Positions 18,462 to 28,727 of a DNA stretch of 52,813 nt are shown one piece after another (the stretch's first letter is position 1; every line of letters starts with the position of its first letter). The notes below the pieces were generated by a model. The model saw only the letters and a program-made list of their open reading frames with translations, searched no databases and was not told the DNA's origin. Both the position numbers and the translations under genes were made by a program. The stretch covers positions 1 through 52,813 of IMG/VR virus record IMGVR_UViG_3300034110_000489. One strand, 5' to 3'. The DNA comes from a virus. Lineage: Duplodnaviria; Caudoviricetes.

Positions 18462-19022
18462 TCAGTCGATGTCAGGGGTGACGGTTGCGGAGATGTCTCC
18501 GGATGAGATGCGGACTCCGGGAACGATCTCTCCGGAGTCGGGGTCGACGACATCGGACGTCGGAGCGTCGACGACGGCGGCCAGCGCGCGCTTGATCTCG
18601 GAGAGTGACGGATCGACCTTCACTCGGAGAAGATCCGGGCGATGAGCCTCGGCCCACGGGATGAACTCGGTCGCGTCGATGTGCCAGTGTGCCGACGGGA
18701 TCCGGGTCGCGATCTTGCCGGCCGGGAGACTGATCGACTTCCGACCGTCGTCCGGGTTCTGACGGCATCGAAGCGCATAGTGTCCGAGGATCGCCTCGAA
18801 ATAGGTGGCGTTCATGTCGAGGGATCGGTTCACGTCGGAGAGCCATCCCTCGATCTTCTCGATCTCGTCGGCGGCGATGGCGGCGTTCGTCTGTTGCTGT
18901 CGGCGGAGACGTTGAAGTTTCCGCATCGCCCACGCGGCGGCGCCGTCGTCGAGTATCTCGTAATGCTCGGGAGTGTCGTCGACGTTGTCGGCGAGGTGCT
19001 CCTCTAGGGTCGTTTCGTTCAC
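18462..19022 (-). CDS. Mu Gam-like host-nuclease inhibitor
   Basis: AAWAMRKL, coiled coil, KSISLPAGKIATR, VDPDSGEIVPGV. Confidence 0.75.
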   Translation of the reverse strand: MNETTLEEHLADNVDDTPEHYEILDDGAAAWAMRKLQRLRRQQQTNAAIAADEIEKIEGWLSDVNRSLDMNATYFEAILGHYALRCRQNPDDGRKSISLPAGKIATRIPSAHWHIDATEFIPWAEAHRPDLLRVKVDPSLSEIKRALAAVVDAPTSDVVDPDSGEIVPGVRISSGDISATVTPDID

Positions 19023-19185
19023 TGCTGCTCCTTCATGGTGGTGGTGTTCGCCGGGGTCGGCGATGGTTCAGAGATTACGGGGGAGGTGTGACAGGGAATC
19101 GAGGCGGCGGCGGATCCTGCTCGGACATCGCATCGCCGACAGTGGACCGACTCTCGGTCGGGGGAGTGCCAGTCGTGGAGATCGG

Positions 19186-19404
19186 TCATCGCTCACCTCC
19201 GAGGATCCTCAGACAACGGCGACAAACGATCGGATGAACGCGATCGGTGAGCGGCGTGATGATGATCGGCGGGATCGTCCGGTCGAGGACCATCGCTCGA
19301 CAGATTGCGATTTCGTCGCCGTGAACCGGACTGACGGCGTGATACTTGCCGCCTCCGATCGGCGGGAAGAACGACGCCTGACGAGTGACGATCGGCGCGC
19401 TCAT
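19186..19404 (-). CDS. Hypothetical Cys/His protein (P4 cassette)
   Basis: MSAPIVT start at ATGA; KYHA..IC..VCRRC. Confidence 0.6.
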   Translation of the reverse strand: MSAPIVTRQASFFPPIGGGKYHAVSPVHGDEIAICRAMVLDRTIPPIIITPLTDRVHPIVCRRCLRILGGER

Positions 19405-19649
19405 CGGACGACCTCGACAATCTCGAACCAATCGAGTCCGCCAAACTTCGACGAAACCTTCGGCAAACATCTCTTACAACTAGCCGCCCATACTTCACCG
19501 TTGTCGGTGTTGATGAGTAGGTGGGTGGTGGGTTTGTTACATGGGTACTGGGACCATGTTCCAGCGATGTCCGCTCGGCGGCGGCACGACTGACCGCAGA
19601 GATGGGTATTCGGATGGAAGTTTGAAAGTGAAACGGCGGTGGTGTTCAT
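19401..19649 (-). CDS. Small Cys-rich protein, paralog of 42400-42648
   Basis: MNTT start; CGQSCRRR.DIAGTW shared with paralog. Confidence 0.75.
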   Translation of the reverse strand: MNTTAVSLSNFHPNTHLCGQSCRRRADIAGTWSQYPCNKPTTHLLINTDNGEVWAASCKRCLPKVSSKFGGLDWFEIVEVVR

Positions 19650-19699
19650 GGCGACCCTCCGAGGGTGCTAGGTGCCGAGGTCCGTCCTCGACTGACTGA

Positions 19700-19728
19700 A
19701 GCCTACACGACTCCTCTACCCCGGTCAA
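19700..19728 (-). promoter_or_regulatory. Conserved promoter P4
   Basis: TTGACC-ggggtagaggagtcgtg (17 nt)-TAGGCT. Confidence 0.85.
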
Positions 19729-19800
19729 GTCATGCGGGGAGATTTCTCCCGAGGTCAATCATCCGGCCGGGACCGGATCCCGACCGGACATCCTCGACGA

Positions 19801-20121
19801 TCAGACAGCCGACCCCGTAGGACCCTCTGAGACGTCCGGAGAGACGACCGGGACGATCCCGGCGGGAGTTGCGCCCGATCCACCAGCCGGAGCGTATGAC
19901 GGCGCTCCCGGGGATCCGAGCATCCATCCGGCCTTCGGCCATTTCTGTTCGGCGGCACGGACAGCGGCGTAATAGATAGCGGCGACGGCGGCGTCGATCG
20001 CCGGGATGATCGTCGAGGCGTCGATCTCGACACCTCGCGTAGCGAACCATCCGACGAGAGCGCCGACAGCGATCGGGACGATCGTCCGGATCAGAGAGCG
20101 GCCGTAAGCGGTGGGGGTCAT
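19801..20121 (-). CDS. Holin-like membrane protein
   Basis: Two hydrophobic segments; IRT.VP...YYAAVR..E.KWP..GW.LG. Confidence 0.6.
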   Translation of the reverse strand: MTPTAYGRSLIRTIVPIAVGALVGWFATRGVEIDASTIIPAIDAAVAAIYYAAVRAAEQKWPKAGWMLGSPGAPSYAPAGGSGATPAGIVPVVSPDVSEGPTGSAV

Positions 20122-20504
20122 GATGAGGCTCCTTCGGGAGTTGTGTCGAGTCTTTGTCGGAGGTCTCGGATCTGCTCCGAGTTGGCGGCGGTCTGCTGCT
20201 TCACGGTGTCGAGACGATCAGAGATCGAGCGTCGGTCGCCGTTGGTCGGTCGGAGCGCCTCGACGATCTCCTCGATCTTACGTTCGATGATGTCGATCCG
20301 CTCATCGTGAACGGGGACATCGGACAGACGATCGACCGCGGTCTCGATCCCCGACGAGATCCGACGAACCCATCTCCACACGGGGAGCACGAGCACGCGC
20401 ACGATGACAGCGAGAGCGGCGAGGACCGCACCGATGAGAACGATCTCGTTCAGCGGTCCGGTCTGCCACGCGTCGGGAATCAGGTCGAGAGCGGAGAGCA
20501 CCAT
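20118..20504 (-). CDS. Membrane protein with coiled coil (lysis-associated?)
   Basis: One hydrophobic segment, coiled coil, PTNG.S..D motif. Confidence 0.6.
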   Translation of the reverse strand: MVLSALDLIPDAWQTGPLNEIVLIGAVLAALAVIVRVLVLPVWRWVRRISSGIETAVDRLSDVPVHDERIDIIERKIEEIVEALRPTNGDRRSISDRLDTVKQQTAANSEQIRDLRQRLDTTPEGASS

Positions 20505-20535
20505 TCGAGTGTATTGGCGCGTGTCGCCGATGTCA

Positions 20536-21087
20536 CTAGATCGCTTTCAGTAGCACCATGCTGAGATTACTATTCGTTCCGACAGTGAGGGTAGAACCTG
20601 AGTTCTGATTCGCCTGAATGAAGACATAGTCTCCAACGGTCAGATACCAAGTTATGAACTGAAAGTTCATCGTGTGAGCGAAACCGCTCACGGCGCGATC
20701 GGTGACACCTCCGAGTTGATTAGCGCCGGCTCCAGTCTGCTGATACCCGATGACCTGTCGGCTGTTAGTTGCGTTCGACGAGAACTCGACAGTCCCGGAC
20801 ACGAGATAGACACCGGCGATAGTCGCCGTGATCCGATCCGTTTCTGCGGGGAGAGGCGCGAGCGGTCCGATCGCGACGACTGATCCGGGCGAGTTCCAGT
20901 CGATGCTGTTGAACAGAACGTTTGCCGGTGTCCCGCTGAATAGATTCTGTCCGGTCGAGTTGCGCGAGATGCGCGCCCCCGGTCGAAGATGTCCGAGGCT
21001 GTGAAGATTGTCGCGCACGACGTTGTTCATCGTCGGCGCTTTCAGGACGGTGTTTGCTGCGAATGTCGGCGGGTTAGTCCACGGCAT
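20536..21087 (-). CDS. Minor tail/receptor-binding paralog 3
   Basis: MPWTNP...N..VRDNL; C1q-like beta domain. Confidence 0.7.
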   Translation of the reverse strand: MPWTNPPTFAANTVLKAPTMNNVVRDNLHSLGHLRPGARISRNSTGQNLFSGTPANVLFNSIDWNSPGSVVAIGPLAPLPAETDRITATIAGVYLVSGTVEFSSNATNSRQVIGYQQTGAGANQLGGVTDRAVSGFAHTMNFQFITWYLTVGDYVFIQANQNSGSTLTVGTNSNLSMVLLKAI

Positions 21088-21638
21088 TAGAACGGATCCT
21101 TTCCGAGCCACGTAATCGAGAACCACGACGTAAAGTTGCCGCTAGTGTTGAGCGCTGCGCCGGAGTCTTGCGTACAGGCAAGATAGGTGTAGTCGCCGGC
21201 GTTCATGTAACACAATAGCGACACGCCGACTACTGACTGCCCACCTGCGAAGTTCGACGCGTCGGTCGCACGATTCGCACGAAGGCCCGAGATGCTCCCG
21301 ACGGTGTAGAGAAGGACGATTCGTTTCCCTGTTGCGTTTGCTGCGAAGTTTATGCTCCCCTGAATCAGATAGAAACCATCCATTCCGGCGGGAACCGTGA
21401 GTCGATCGGTATTGGTTGTCGTGGAGTGAAACCCGTCGGTGTCCCATAGTTCAAAAGCGAACAGAGGATTCGTTCCGGAAAAGATTCCGTTAGCGATGCT
21501 CGTAGCCGCCGACTGACAGACCCACGCGCTCGGACGCGACGGCCCGAACATCATGAGATTATCTCGAACGTAAGTGTTGAGAAGTGCGGCGGTGGTGTCC
21601 TCATTAGTGACCCACGTTTTCGGATTAGTCCACGGCAT
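21087..21638 (-). CDS. Minor tail/receptor-binding paralog 2
   Basis: MPWTNPKTW...LNTYVRDNL; RLTVPAG..GFYLI. Confidence 0.7.
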   Translation of the reverse strand: MPWTNPKTWVTNEDTTAALLNTYVRDNLMMFGPSRPSAWVCQSAATSIANGIFSGTNPLFAFELWDTDGFHSTTTNTDRLTVPAGMDGFYLIQGSINFAANATGKRIVLLYTVGSISGLRANRATDASNFAGGQSVVGVSLLCYMNAGDYTYLACTQDSGAALNTSGNFTSWFSITWLGKDPF

Positions 21639-21641
21639 CGG

Positions 21642-22187
21642 TCAGACCGCCCATTCGCTTTCGCCGACATACATGACAGTCATTTCGTTGTAGTTCCCCA
21701 GTGTCAGATTCGCCCCGCTGTTCTGCCATGCCTCGAGCGTGATGTAATCAGTCGTAGCGTTCAACAGAACGAAACCTGAGATCGTCATCCAGTGCTGCTG
21801 AAACACGTACGTGTTGTTCGAGATGTGGGACGAAATGATCCCGGACGAAGGAGTCGTGCGCGTCGTCTTTATTTGAAGGCGACGAAACCCGGTCGCATTC
21901 GCAGAGAACGCCGCGTTCGCGCTCACGAAGTACAGTCCCGGCCAACCTGCCGGAGCGGAGATACGCGACTGAACCGCCGCCGATTTCATCGTGTACGGAT
22001 CCTGAACCGTGTCCCATGTGACCGGCAAGGCGGTTCCGCTGACGAGTGTGTTCGTCGCCTTCGCAGTTCCAGCGAAAAACGGTTTGTCTTTTCCGTGCGC
22101 GTTCATGTTGTCGCGCAGTTCTTGATTCCACTTGGCGGCGGTCGGGGACTCCCCACCGAACCATTTCGTCGGTCTTACCCATGCCAT
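21642..22187 (-). CDS. Minor tail/receptor-binding paralog 1
   Basis: MAWVRP.KW...WNQELRDNM. Confidence 0.7.
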   Translation of the reverse strand: MAWVRPTKWFGGESPTAAKWNQELRDNMNAHGKDKPFFAGTAKATNTLVSGTALPVTWDTVQDPYTMKSAAVQSRISAPAGWPGLYFVSANAAFSANATGFRRLQIKTTRTTPSSGIISSHISNNTYVFQQHWMTISGFVLLNATTDYITLEAWQNSGANLTLGNYNEMTVMYVGESEWAV

Positions 22188-22188
22188 T

Positions 22189-24873
22189 TCAGTAGCCTAA
22201 CCGAGCCGACGCCGAACCGACCTTGTCTAGTTCAGGGTTATCGAGGACGAGGAAGTCGCTCACCTCTGACGGCGATAGAAGCCATGTCGTCATCCAGTTC
22301 GACGGCGTGATCTCGTGCTGTATGCCTTCAATGATCGCGGTTCGTGTGATCGCCGGCGAAATACCCTGAGGCGATCGAGTCGTCGAGACACGGGTTCCGA
22401 TGTCATACTCGATGACCTCTTTCCATAGTCCCGACCCGCGCGGCATGATCGCGACCGAGTCGACACGAGGTCGAGGATAAGCGTAAGCGGAAAGACGAGC
22501 CTCGGTCATGTACGCGATCGTTCCGTCCTCATCGTTCAGAAGTCCGGTGATGTTCTCGGGACGAAGAAAGTACTGACCCTCTGAAACCGAATCGTTTCGG
22601 AACTGCGGAAGTGATCCCTCGCGTGTGATCTCGATCGAGTTCTTGATGAGTTGATCCGTGAAGTTCGGTTGGAAGTCGACATACTGCGAATCGGTGAGCG
22701 AGACCTGAGTCGTGTTGTATGACGGGTTCAGATTGAGATCGCTTCGAGACTGAAACGACAGACGCCCGTAACGGTCAATGAAAAGTTTCCCGACCTCTGC
22801 GCGCTCCATCTCTTGAAGATACGACAGCGCCGAGCCAGTCGGAATGTACGACTGAACAGTCGAATCACCTGTGTCGACGTCGCGCGCGTCGGTCGGCCAA
22901 CCGATCTGCGAGAGGACCCGGTTCACGCGTGTCCCGGTTGTCTCGCCGGCACCGCTCTTGAAGACGTCGTAATGCGCCGCGACACGCGCCGCCGATGGCA
23001 CACGATCGTAGAGGATAACTTCGTCGATGTCGCCCTTGAAAGGAGACGCCGCCGTGTATGTCGCCGATCCGGTGTTGTAGTTGTGACCGACCTTCCATCG
23101 TTCCCATCCGCTCGGCGACACGAACGTCGTAAGCGCTGTCATCGCGACGCCGTTCAGATAGGCGCGCGCAGTGCCGCCGGAGTCCTGCCCGAACATGAGG
23201 TGCTTCGGTCCGAGAGCGCTCCATACCCACGGGACAAGGGATCCGATGACACTAGAAAACACTTGAACAGTCGGAAACCCTGCTGTCATCACAAGAACGA
23301 ACAACGTGGCGGTTCCGCCACTGCTCACCGAAACGTACGCTCCGAGACGGATGTATCCGGTCGGACCGCCGAACGCGCATAGTCCGTACGACCCCGGCCA
23401 CGGCGTAAGAATGTCCATCGCGAAAGTGAGTTCGCATCCGGTGAAAGGCACCCCGTAATACTGATTGCGATAGTTCACCGGCGTCGTGAACAGACCCGTC
23501 GACAGCGCCTCGACCCATTTCGTTCCGTCGAATCGTTGCGAGAAATCCGTCGTATCCGAAAGCACGACCGAAGGCGCCTGCTCTCCCGACGAGGCTACGT
23601 AACTCGTCGTGTAATAGTAACCGGGATTGTTGTCGAACGGTGGAGACGCGACTCCCGCCATCGGATCCGAGATCGTGTATTTCACGGCCGTGTTCGAGAT
23701 AGTCGCCGACTGCGACGCCTCGTTCATTCGGAGCCACGCGCGCGGCGTGTCAGCGAGGACAGTGTCGACCCATGCCGAGCCGAGAGGAATCAGCGAAAGA
23801 ACCTTGAACGCGTCGGAGCATGAAAGCGTCACGGTCGCGAGGCGTGGAGGGTCGTACTGTTGCGGCCATCCGTCGACGAATCCCACGAACATGGATTCCA
23901 TTCCTCGACCGGGAGCGACGGCGGAGATCCGGATCGGCCGCATCGGTGACAACGCCCCGTGGTATGGACTGCCAACGGTCCACGATGCCGCCGGACTGCC
24001 GGAGACGTTTCGGGTCCACGTCTCGCCGGTGGCGGCGACCACGGTCGTCGACGTGGAGGATGTGACGAGAGACGGGTCGAAGTCGCCGATAGCGGCGCCT
24101 CCGATCGTCGAGGACACGAGCACGCGTCGAACGACTCCGGTGAATCGCTCGGTATTCCCGTTGAATCGCGAGCCGATTTCGATTCGCGATGTTCCGTTGT
24201 AGTACGCCGTCGTCACGGATGCGACAGTCGCTCCGAGTTGTGTCCAAGTGACGGGGGGGATCGGGGAGTCCGGAGCGGTGTAAAAGATTACGTTTCCGGT
24301 CGAGGAGGAGCGCGTCACTCGAACCCAACGCGACGCGCCATCGGAAAATCCGGTAGCGACTGTCGAGTCGACGTTCACCTGTGTGCTGCCATTAGTCGAG
24401 TACGACAAACGTAGACGCCCGATCGAGGAAATCGACAGTCGCCATTGAAGGCTTGCTCCGCTGTCTTCTTTCGCTACGAGACTCTGCTCTGTACCGCTTG
24501 CCCAACTAACCGGAGCGCACCGGATAGAAATGTCGAGGTTGCCGGTGATCGCCCATTTCGCCGCGTGAGGTGTCGAAAGAAAGTTTCCTGAGGTCCCGGG
24601 AAACGTCGCCGTTGCCGGACCGAAATCAGGATCGAAACGCCGGTCCCGGTTATCGAGTTCGACCATCGCCGAACCCGTCGAGAAAGTGTCCAGTTCGTTC
24701 GATCGTCCACGCTGAATCGACACTCCTCGGACCCTGTCGGTGACATCAGTCCATACGATGTCGGCGGCGAGAGCGTTGTACGGGACAGTGTTTACGCCGG
24801 CGGTGGAGGTTGCGAAACTGAGGTCGACCTTTAGTTGAACCCCGTTGTAGAGCGTGACGGTCACGAGCGCCAT
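22189..24873 (-). CDS. Tail tip/hub protein with LamG-like insertions
   Basis: Follows TMP; WTDVT...IQRGR...LDNRD.RFDP; FKGDIDEVILYDR. Confidence 0.8.
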   Translation of the reverse strand: MALVTVTLYNGVQLKVDLSFATSTAGVNTVPYNALAADIVWTDVTDRVRGVSIQRGRSNELDTFSTGSAMVELDNRDRRFDPDFGPATATFPGTSGNFLSTPHAAKWAITGNLDISIRCAPVSWASGTEQSLVAKEDSGASLQWRLSISSIGRLRLSYSTNGSTQVNVDSTVATGFSDGASRWVRVTRSSSTGNVIFYTAPDSPIPPVTWTQLGATVASVTTAYYNGTSRIEIGSRFNGNTERFTGVVRRVLVSSTIGGAAIGDFDPSLVTSSTSTTVVAATGETWTRNVSGSPAASWTVGSPYHGALSPMRPIRISAVAPGRGMESMFVGFVDGWPQQYDPPRLATVTLSCSDAFKVLSLIPLGSAWVDTVLADTPRAWLRMNEASQSATISNTAVKYTISDPMAGVASPPFDNNPGYYYTTSYVASSGEQAPSVVLSDTTDFSQRFDGTKWVEALSTGLFTTPVNYRNQYYGVPFTGCELTFAMDILTPWPGSYGLCAFGGPTGYIRLGAYVSVSSGGTATLFVLVMTAGFPTVQVFSSVIGSLVPWVWSALGPKHLMFGQDSGGTARAYLNGVAMTALTTFVSPSGWERWKVGHNYNTGSATYTAASPFKGDIDEVILYDRVPSAARVAAHYDVFKSGAGETTGTRVNRVLSQIGWPTDARDVDTGDSTVQSYIPTGSALSYLQEMERAEVGKLFIDRYGRLSFQSRSDLNLNPSYNTTQVSLTDSQYVDFQPNFTDQLIKNSIEITREGSLPQFRNDSVSEGQYFLRPENITGLLNDEDGTIAYMTEARLSAYAYPRPRVDSVAIMPRGSGLWKEVIEYDIGTRVSTTRSPQGISPAITRTAIIEGIQHEITPSNWMTTWLLSPSEVSDFLVLDNPELDKVGSASARLGY

Positions 24874-27728
24874 CCGGCGCCGGAGCGTTTCTCGAATGCT
24901 GAGATTGCCTCGACGATTGTTCGGCCGACGGACGCCGAGTCGGCGGTCGCCGATACGTTCACGTTGATTTCGTACACGTTGCCGCCCGACATCATCGAAC
25001 CGCCCCCGGCGGACAGACCGGCGAGAGCGTTGTTCGGGATGATCTTCCCGGCGCTCGACGGCATAAAGACTTCAGGCCCTTTTTCGCCGACGATGATCGG
25101 CGCGTTCGCTCCGACCGGCCCACCTTTAGCGAACTGAGGAAGATTGAAGATCGCTCCGAGAGGAATGAAACCGTTTTCGTCGCGCTGAGACATGAGCCAT
25201 TCGGTTTTCCATCTGACCTGCTTATCGTCGAGCGACATTTCCATCATCACGTAAGTTCCGTTGACGAGCATCGCCGTGTACCCGGCCTCTTTGATCTTCT
25301 GCTGAAGATGAGCGGCGGCCTCCGACGACGGATCGAGTCCCTTCTTTTTCATTTCCTCGAACGCTGCGATCGCGGTCAACGAAACGCCCTGCTGATCTTT
25401 CATCCCGGCCTGAGCGAAATCGACCTGAGCGGCGAGACGTTTGAACGCATCCGATCCCGGGTCGATGCCGAGACGGATCAGTTCCTGAAGACGACCCTGA
25501 ACCTGTTCTTGTGTGACGGTTCCGTTTTTCAGTCCGACCTCTAGGTCGTTGAGAGTGTCCGAGTACGCTCCGGTTGCGGCCACGAGTTTGTAATACGCCT
25601 CCTCTTTTTCAGCCTGCGTTTTCGATCCGTCTTTTTCAATAGCGTTGTACTCGACCTGCGCCTCTTTCATCTTTTTCAAGGCGTCGAGGTTGGCGAACAT
25701 CGGATCGAGCGCTGCTTTCTGCGCGTCGTGCTTGGCCTTGATCGAGTCCGCTACGGCCTTGTTCGCCGTCGCGAGGTTATACGCCTCGGTTGCGGCGTCT
25801 TTGTCGAGTCCGGTCGACATGAGTTGAGAGATGCCGACCGCTTTCAGCATCTCTTGTTTCTTTGCGTACTCTGCTGTTTCGGTGCGGAGTTGGTCGGCGA
25901 TCTCAGCGGTAAGGACACCCTGAATGGACATCTGCGCGAGTAATGCGTTTACGGCGTTGCCGCCGTTTTCGAGTTCGTCGAAATATGCTTTCTGTGCGGC
26001 GAGACGTTGCTCGACTGCTTCGAGTTGAAGTTGTGTAGCGCGCCGTTCGGCCCCGGTACCTTTGTCGAGATTGTTGCGGTGCTGCTGCGCCATCATCTCG
26101 GTAACTCTCATCGTTTCGCCCGAGCGCGAGGAGAGCAACGTGTACGCTTCCGACGCCGAGATCATTCCCTCGGTGCCACCTTCGACGGCCTTACGCCACG
26201 CGTCCATACTGATGCCGGCGGAAGTCAGATTGTTCATCGTGCCATCGGCGGCGAGTTTGTTGGCGACGACGGCGTCGGTGTTCTTAGTCCACGCGCCGGT
26301 CTGTTCGTCGAGTGAGCCGGCGAAATCTTTAGCGTGCTGCTCCGCCTCTTTCTGACTCTTGTTCCAAACGGTGAAAGCGATGAACGCGACGCCGAGAGCG
26401 ATCGCGATCGGACCGAGTGCCGACTGAATCGCGTATCCCGCCTTCAGGGCGGCGGCCTCTGAGAGTCCCATCGCCGCTAGGAATGACGCGGCATAGCCTC
26501 CGGCGGCGCCGGCCATCACGCCGAACGATCCGATGATCGATGTAGCCATACCTGAAACGAGACCGCTTAGCGCTGTGAAACCTTTCACGGCCAGCACGAA
26601 CAACGCGATCGAGGGCAGGGCGAGCATGATCGGTTTCGGCAGAGCAAGAAACGCCTGAACCATGTCGCCGAGGAAATCGGTCGCTTCGGTGAGGATCGGC
26701 ATCATGAGTTTCATCGCCGTGTTCATTCCTTGAAACACTGCTGTAGCGAGAGGCTCGAACGCTAGTTGTAATCGGTGCGACATGATCGAGAGTTTCCCGC
26801 CGAATGTCGACACGTCCCCCGATGCTTTCGAGATCGTGTCGGTCCCGTTGACGATCGTCGCCATGTACTCCTCGAAAGAAAGTTTTCCTTCCATGATGGC
26901 GGCCGCTAATCGGGGACCGCCTCTCGCGCCGAAAACTTCTAGTGCGATGCCGGTCGCCTCGGTCGGATCCTTTGCGTTCTTGATCGCGTCGAACGTCGAT
27001 TGGAACATCGTCTTAGCGTCGATGCCTTGCTTTCCGGCGGTGGCGAGCGCTCTCGTCATCGCCGGCAGGATGTCGCGCACCTCGATACCGGACTTCGCGA
27101 GTGTCCCCATGAGAGCGGCCGTCGAATCGAAATCGAATCCGAGTTGACGAAGGACGATACCGGACTTCGCCATCTGATCTGCGAGAGACGACACCTCGAC
27201 CCCGGACGTCGCCGACGCACGGTAGAGAAGATCGAGAGAATCTTTCTGATCGGCGGCGGCGACACCGAAGTTCTTGAACACGGTCGTGACCGATTCGATG
27301 TTTCCCTTCAGGTCGGTGCCGGTCATGCGCGACAGTTTCAAGATCTGAAGCGACACTTCTTCGAGAGGTTTCCCGGTGAGTCCGAGTTTCGTGTTCAGGT
27401 CGGCGATGACTGTCCCGACGTCTTTCATCGACGACGGGGTGTTGGCGAACACGTTCCTGAAAGACTGCTCCAGTCCTTTCAGTGTTTCGCCGGTTTGACC
27501 GGTCTCGACCCGGATCACTTTGTAAGCGTCGTGAAATGAGTTTCCGAGTTTGAACAGGAGAACGCCGGCAGTGGCGACGGCGGCGGCGGTGCCGACGGCG
27601 ACCGCCTGAGTTACCCCGCCCATCGCTCCGGCGAACTTCGTGGTCGCGACCTCTCCGCCTTTCAGTCCGGCGATGAACTGCGAAGTGTCGGCGCGTAGTT
27701 TGGCGACGATGTCGAACGATGCGGCCAT
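24861..27728 (-). CDS. Tape measure protein
   Basis: 955 aa Ala-rich helical; C-terminal FAKGGPV...VGEKGPE. Confidence 0.93.
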   Translation of the reverse strand: MAASFDIVAKLRADTSQFIAGLKGGEVATTKFAGAMGGVTQAVAVGTAAAVATAGVLLFKLGNSFHDAYKVIRVETGQTGETLKGLEQSFRNVFANTPSSMKDVGTVIADLNTKLGLTGKPLEEVSLQILKLSRMTGTDLKGNIESVTTVFKNFGVAAADQKDSLDLLYRASATSGVEVSSLADQMAKSGIVLRQLGFDFDSTAALMGTLAKSGIEVRDILPAMTRALATAGKQGIDAKTMFQSTFDAIKNAKDPTEATGIALEVFGARGGPRLAAAIMEGKLSFEEYMATIVNGTDTISKASGDVSTFGGKLSIMSHRLQLAFEPLATAVFQGMNTAMKLMMPILTEATDFLGDMVQAFLALPKPIMLALPSIALFVLAVKGFTALSGLVSGMATSIIGSFGVMAGAAGGYAASFLAAMGLSEAAALKAGYAIQSALGPIAIALGVAFIAFTVWNKSQKEAEQHAKDFAGSLDEQTGAWTKNTDAVVANKLAADGTMNNLTSAGISMDAWRKAVEGGTEGMISASEAYTLLSSRSGETMRVTEMMAQQHRNNLDKGTGAERRATQLQLEAVEQRLAAQKAYFDELENGGNAVNALLAQMSIQGVLTAEIADQLRTETAEYAKKQEMLKAVGISQLMSTGLDKDAATEAYNLATANKAVADSIKAKHDAQKAALDPMFANLDALKKMKEAQVEYNAIEKDGSKTQAEKEEAYYKLVAATGAYSDTLNDLEVGLKNGTVTQEQVQGRLQELIRLGIDPGSDAFKRLAAQVDFAQAGMKDQQGVSLTAIAAFEEMKKKGLDPSSEAAAHLQQKIKEAGYTAMLVNGTYVMMEMSLDDKQVRWKTEWLMSQRDENGFIPLGAIFNLPQFAKGGPVGANAPIIVGEKGPEVFMPSSAGKIIPNNALAGLSAGGGSMMSGGNVYEINVNVSATADSASVGRTIVEAISAFEKRSGAGWRS

Positions 27729-27733
27729 CCGTG

Positions 27734-28266
27734 CTACCTCCTAGCGCGCCGCTGTGCGGCCTCGTGTTCCTCCGCCCGGAGTTTCCATAGGGCGGCCCAT
27801 TCGGTTATTTCGGCGGATGAAATCGGACGGTGTCCCGGAGATCCATCGAGGAGTTCCGAGACGGTCCGTCCGAGTTTCTCCGCTAGTTCGTAGATGAATC
27901 GTCGCTCGTGATCGAGGGCGAGTCTTTTCCCGCGACCTCGACAGCGTCTCCAGTCATGCCGGAGACGCGCATCGCCGAGGTTGCGAGGAGTTCGAGAGGA
28001 GCGGCGGACTTCGACAGCAGAGCGTCGACGTCATCGGCGGTGAAGATCCGTTCGCCGGACTCCGGGTCGAACGAGCAGAGGATCACCATTTCCGGATACA
28101 TCCGTTCCATGTCGATTACGCCGTCGTTGTCGGAGGCGCTTTTCAGGAGACGGGTTCGACTCCGACCATCCATCGAACGGATCTCGACGGTGACTCCCCA
28201 AGCGGGAACCTCCACGAGTTCGGTTTCGATGTCGTCGGCGTTTAGGATCTGCTCACGAATGGACAC
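27734..28266 (-). CDS. Tail assembly chaperone G-T fusion via -1 frameshift
   Basis: Slippery G GGA AAA at 27925-27931; -1 frame reads RLALDHERRFIYELAEKLGRTVSELL...ITEW...RARR stop. Confidence 0.85.
27883..28266 (-). CDS. Tail assembly chaperone (G, short form)
   Basis: SIREQILNADD..VEVPAWG; GTG start with AAGGAG RBS. Confidence 0.85.
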   Translation of the reverse strand: MSIREQILNADDIETELVEVPAWGVTVEIRSMDGRSRTRLLKSASDNDGVIDMERMYPEMVILCSFDPESGERIFTADDVDALLSKSAAPLELLATSAMRVSGMTGDAVEVAGKDSPSITSDDSSTN

Positions 28267-28292
28267 TAGGTCACTCCTTATTTTCAGGTTTC

Positions 28293-28709
28293 TTAGAAGG
28301 TGCCGCGAGTTACGGGACCAGTGATCTGAAAGTCGCATCCGAAGGAAACGACATCTCCGACCGGTGACGAGAGATCGTACTTCGTCATGATGGCTTCGCC
28401 GGTGAACTTGACGTAACCGACGGTCGTACCGGCGGGGCCGTACTCGAATGAGACGGTGGCTTCTTGTCCGAGGATGCCGGCGAGGTGAGCGTCGACTGTC
28501 GAGTCGAACTTACCTGAGACGGTGATCGTCGAGTCGTTCAGACCGACGACGTATGTCTTCGCTCCGCCAGTGACACCGAAGGTCGTGGTTTCTGCGGTCT
28601 CGATTGAGCGCGGGAGACTGACCTCGTGGATGTATGTCGAAATGTCGGTCAGCGTGCCGCCCGAGTTGTCGACCTTGAATGATGCGTTCTTACCGTGACG
28701 AAATGCCAT
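28293..28709 (-). CDS. Major tail tube protein
   Basis: ETAETTTFG, FEYGPAG, FQITGPVTRGTF; upstream of chaperone. Confidence 0.85.
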   Translation of the reverse strand: MAFRHGKNASFKVDNSGGTLTDISTYIHEVSLPRSIETAETTTFGVTGGAKTYVVGLNDSTITVSGKFDSTVDAHLAGILGQEATVSFEYGPAGTTVGYVKFTGEAIMTKYDLSSPVGDVVSFGCDFQITGPVTRGTF

Positions 28710-28727
28710 TGTGTTCCCTCCTCGGGA

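Noticed and set aside
20536-24873. Diversity-generating retroelement acting on tail proteins
   Set aside because: No reverse transcriptase and no near-identical template/variable repeat pair seen
27734-27931. Tail chaperone frameshift as a novelty
   Set aside because: Well supported but canonical for long-tailed phages; listed as a feature only
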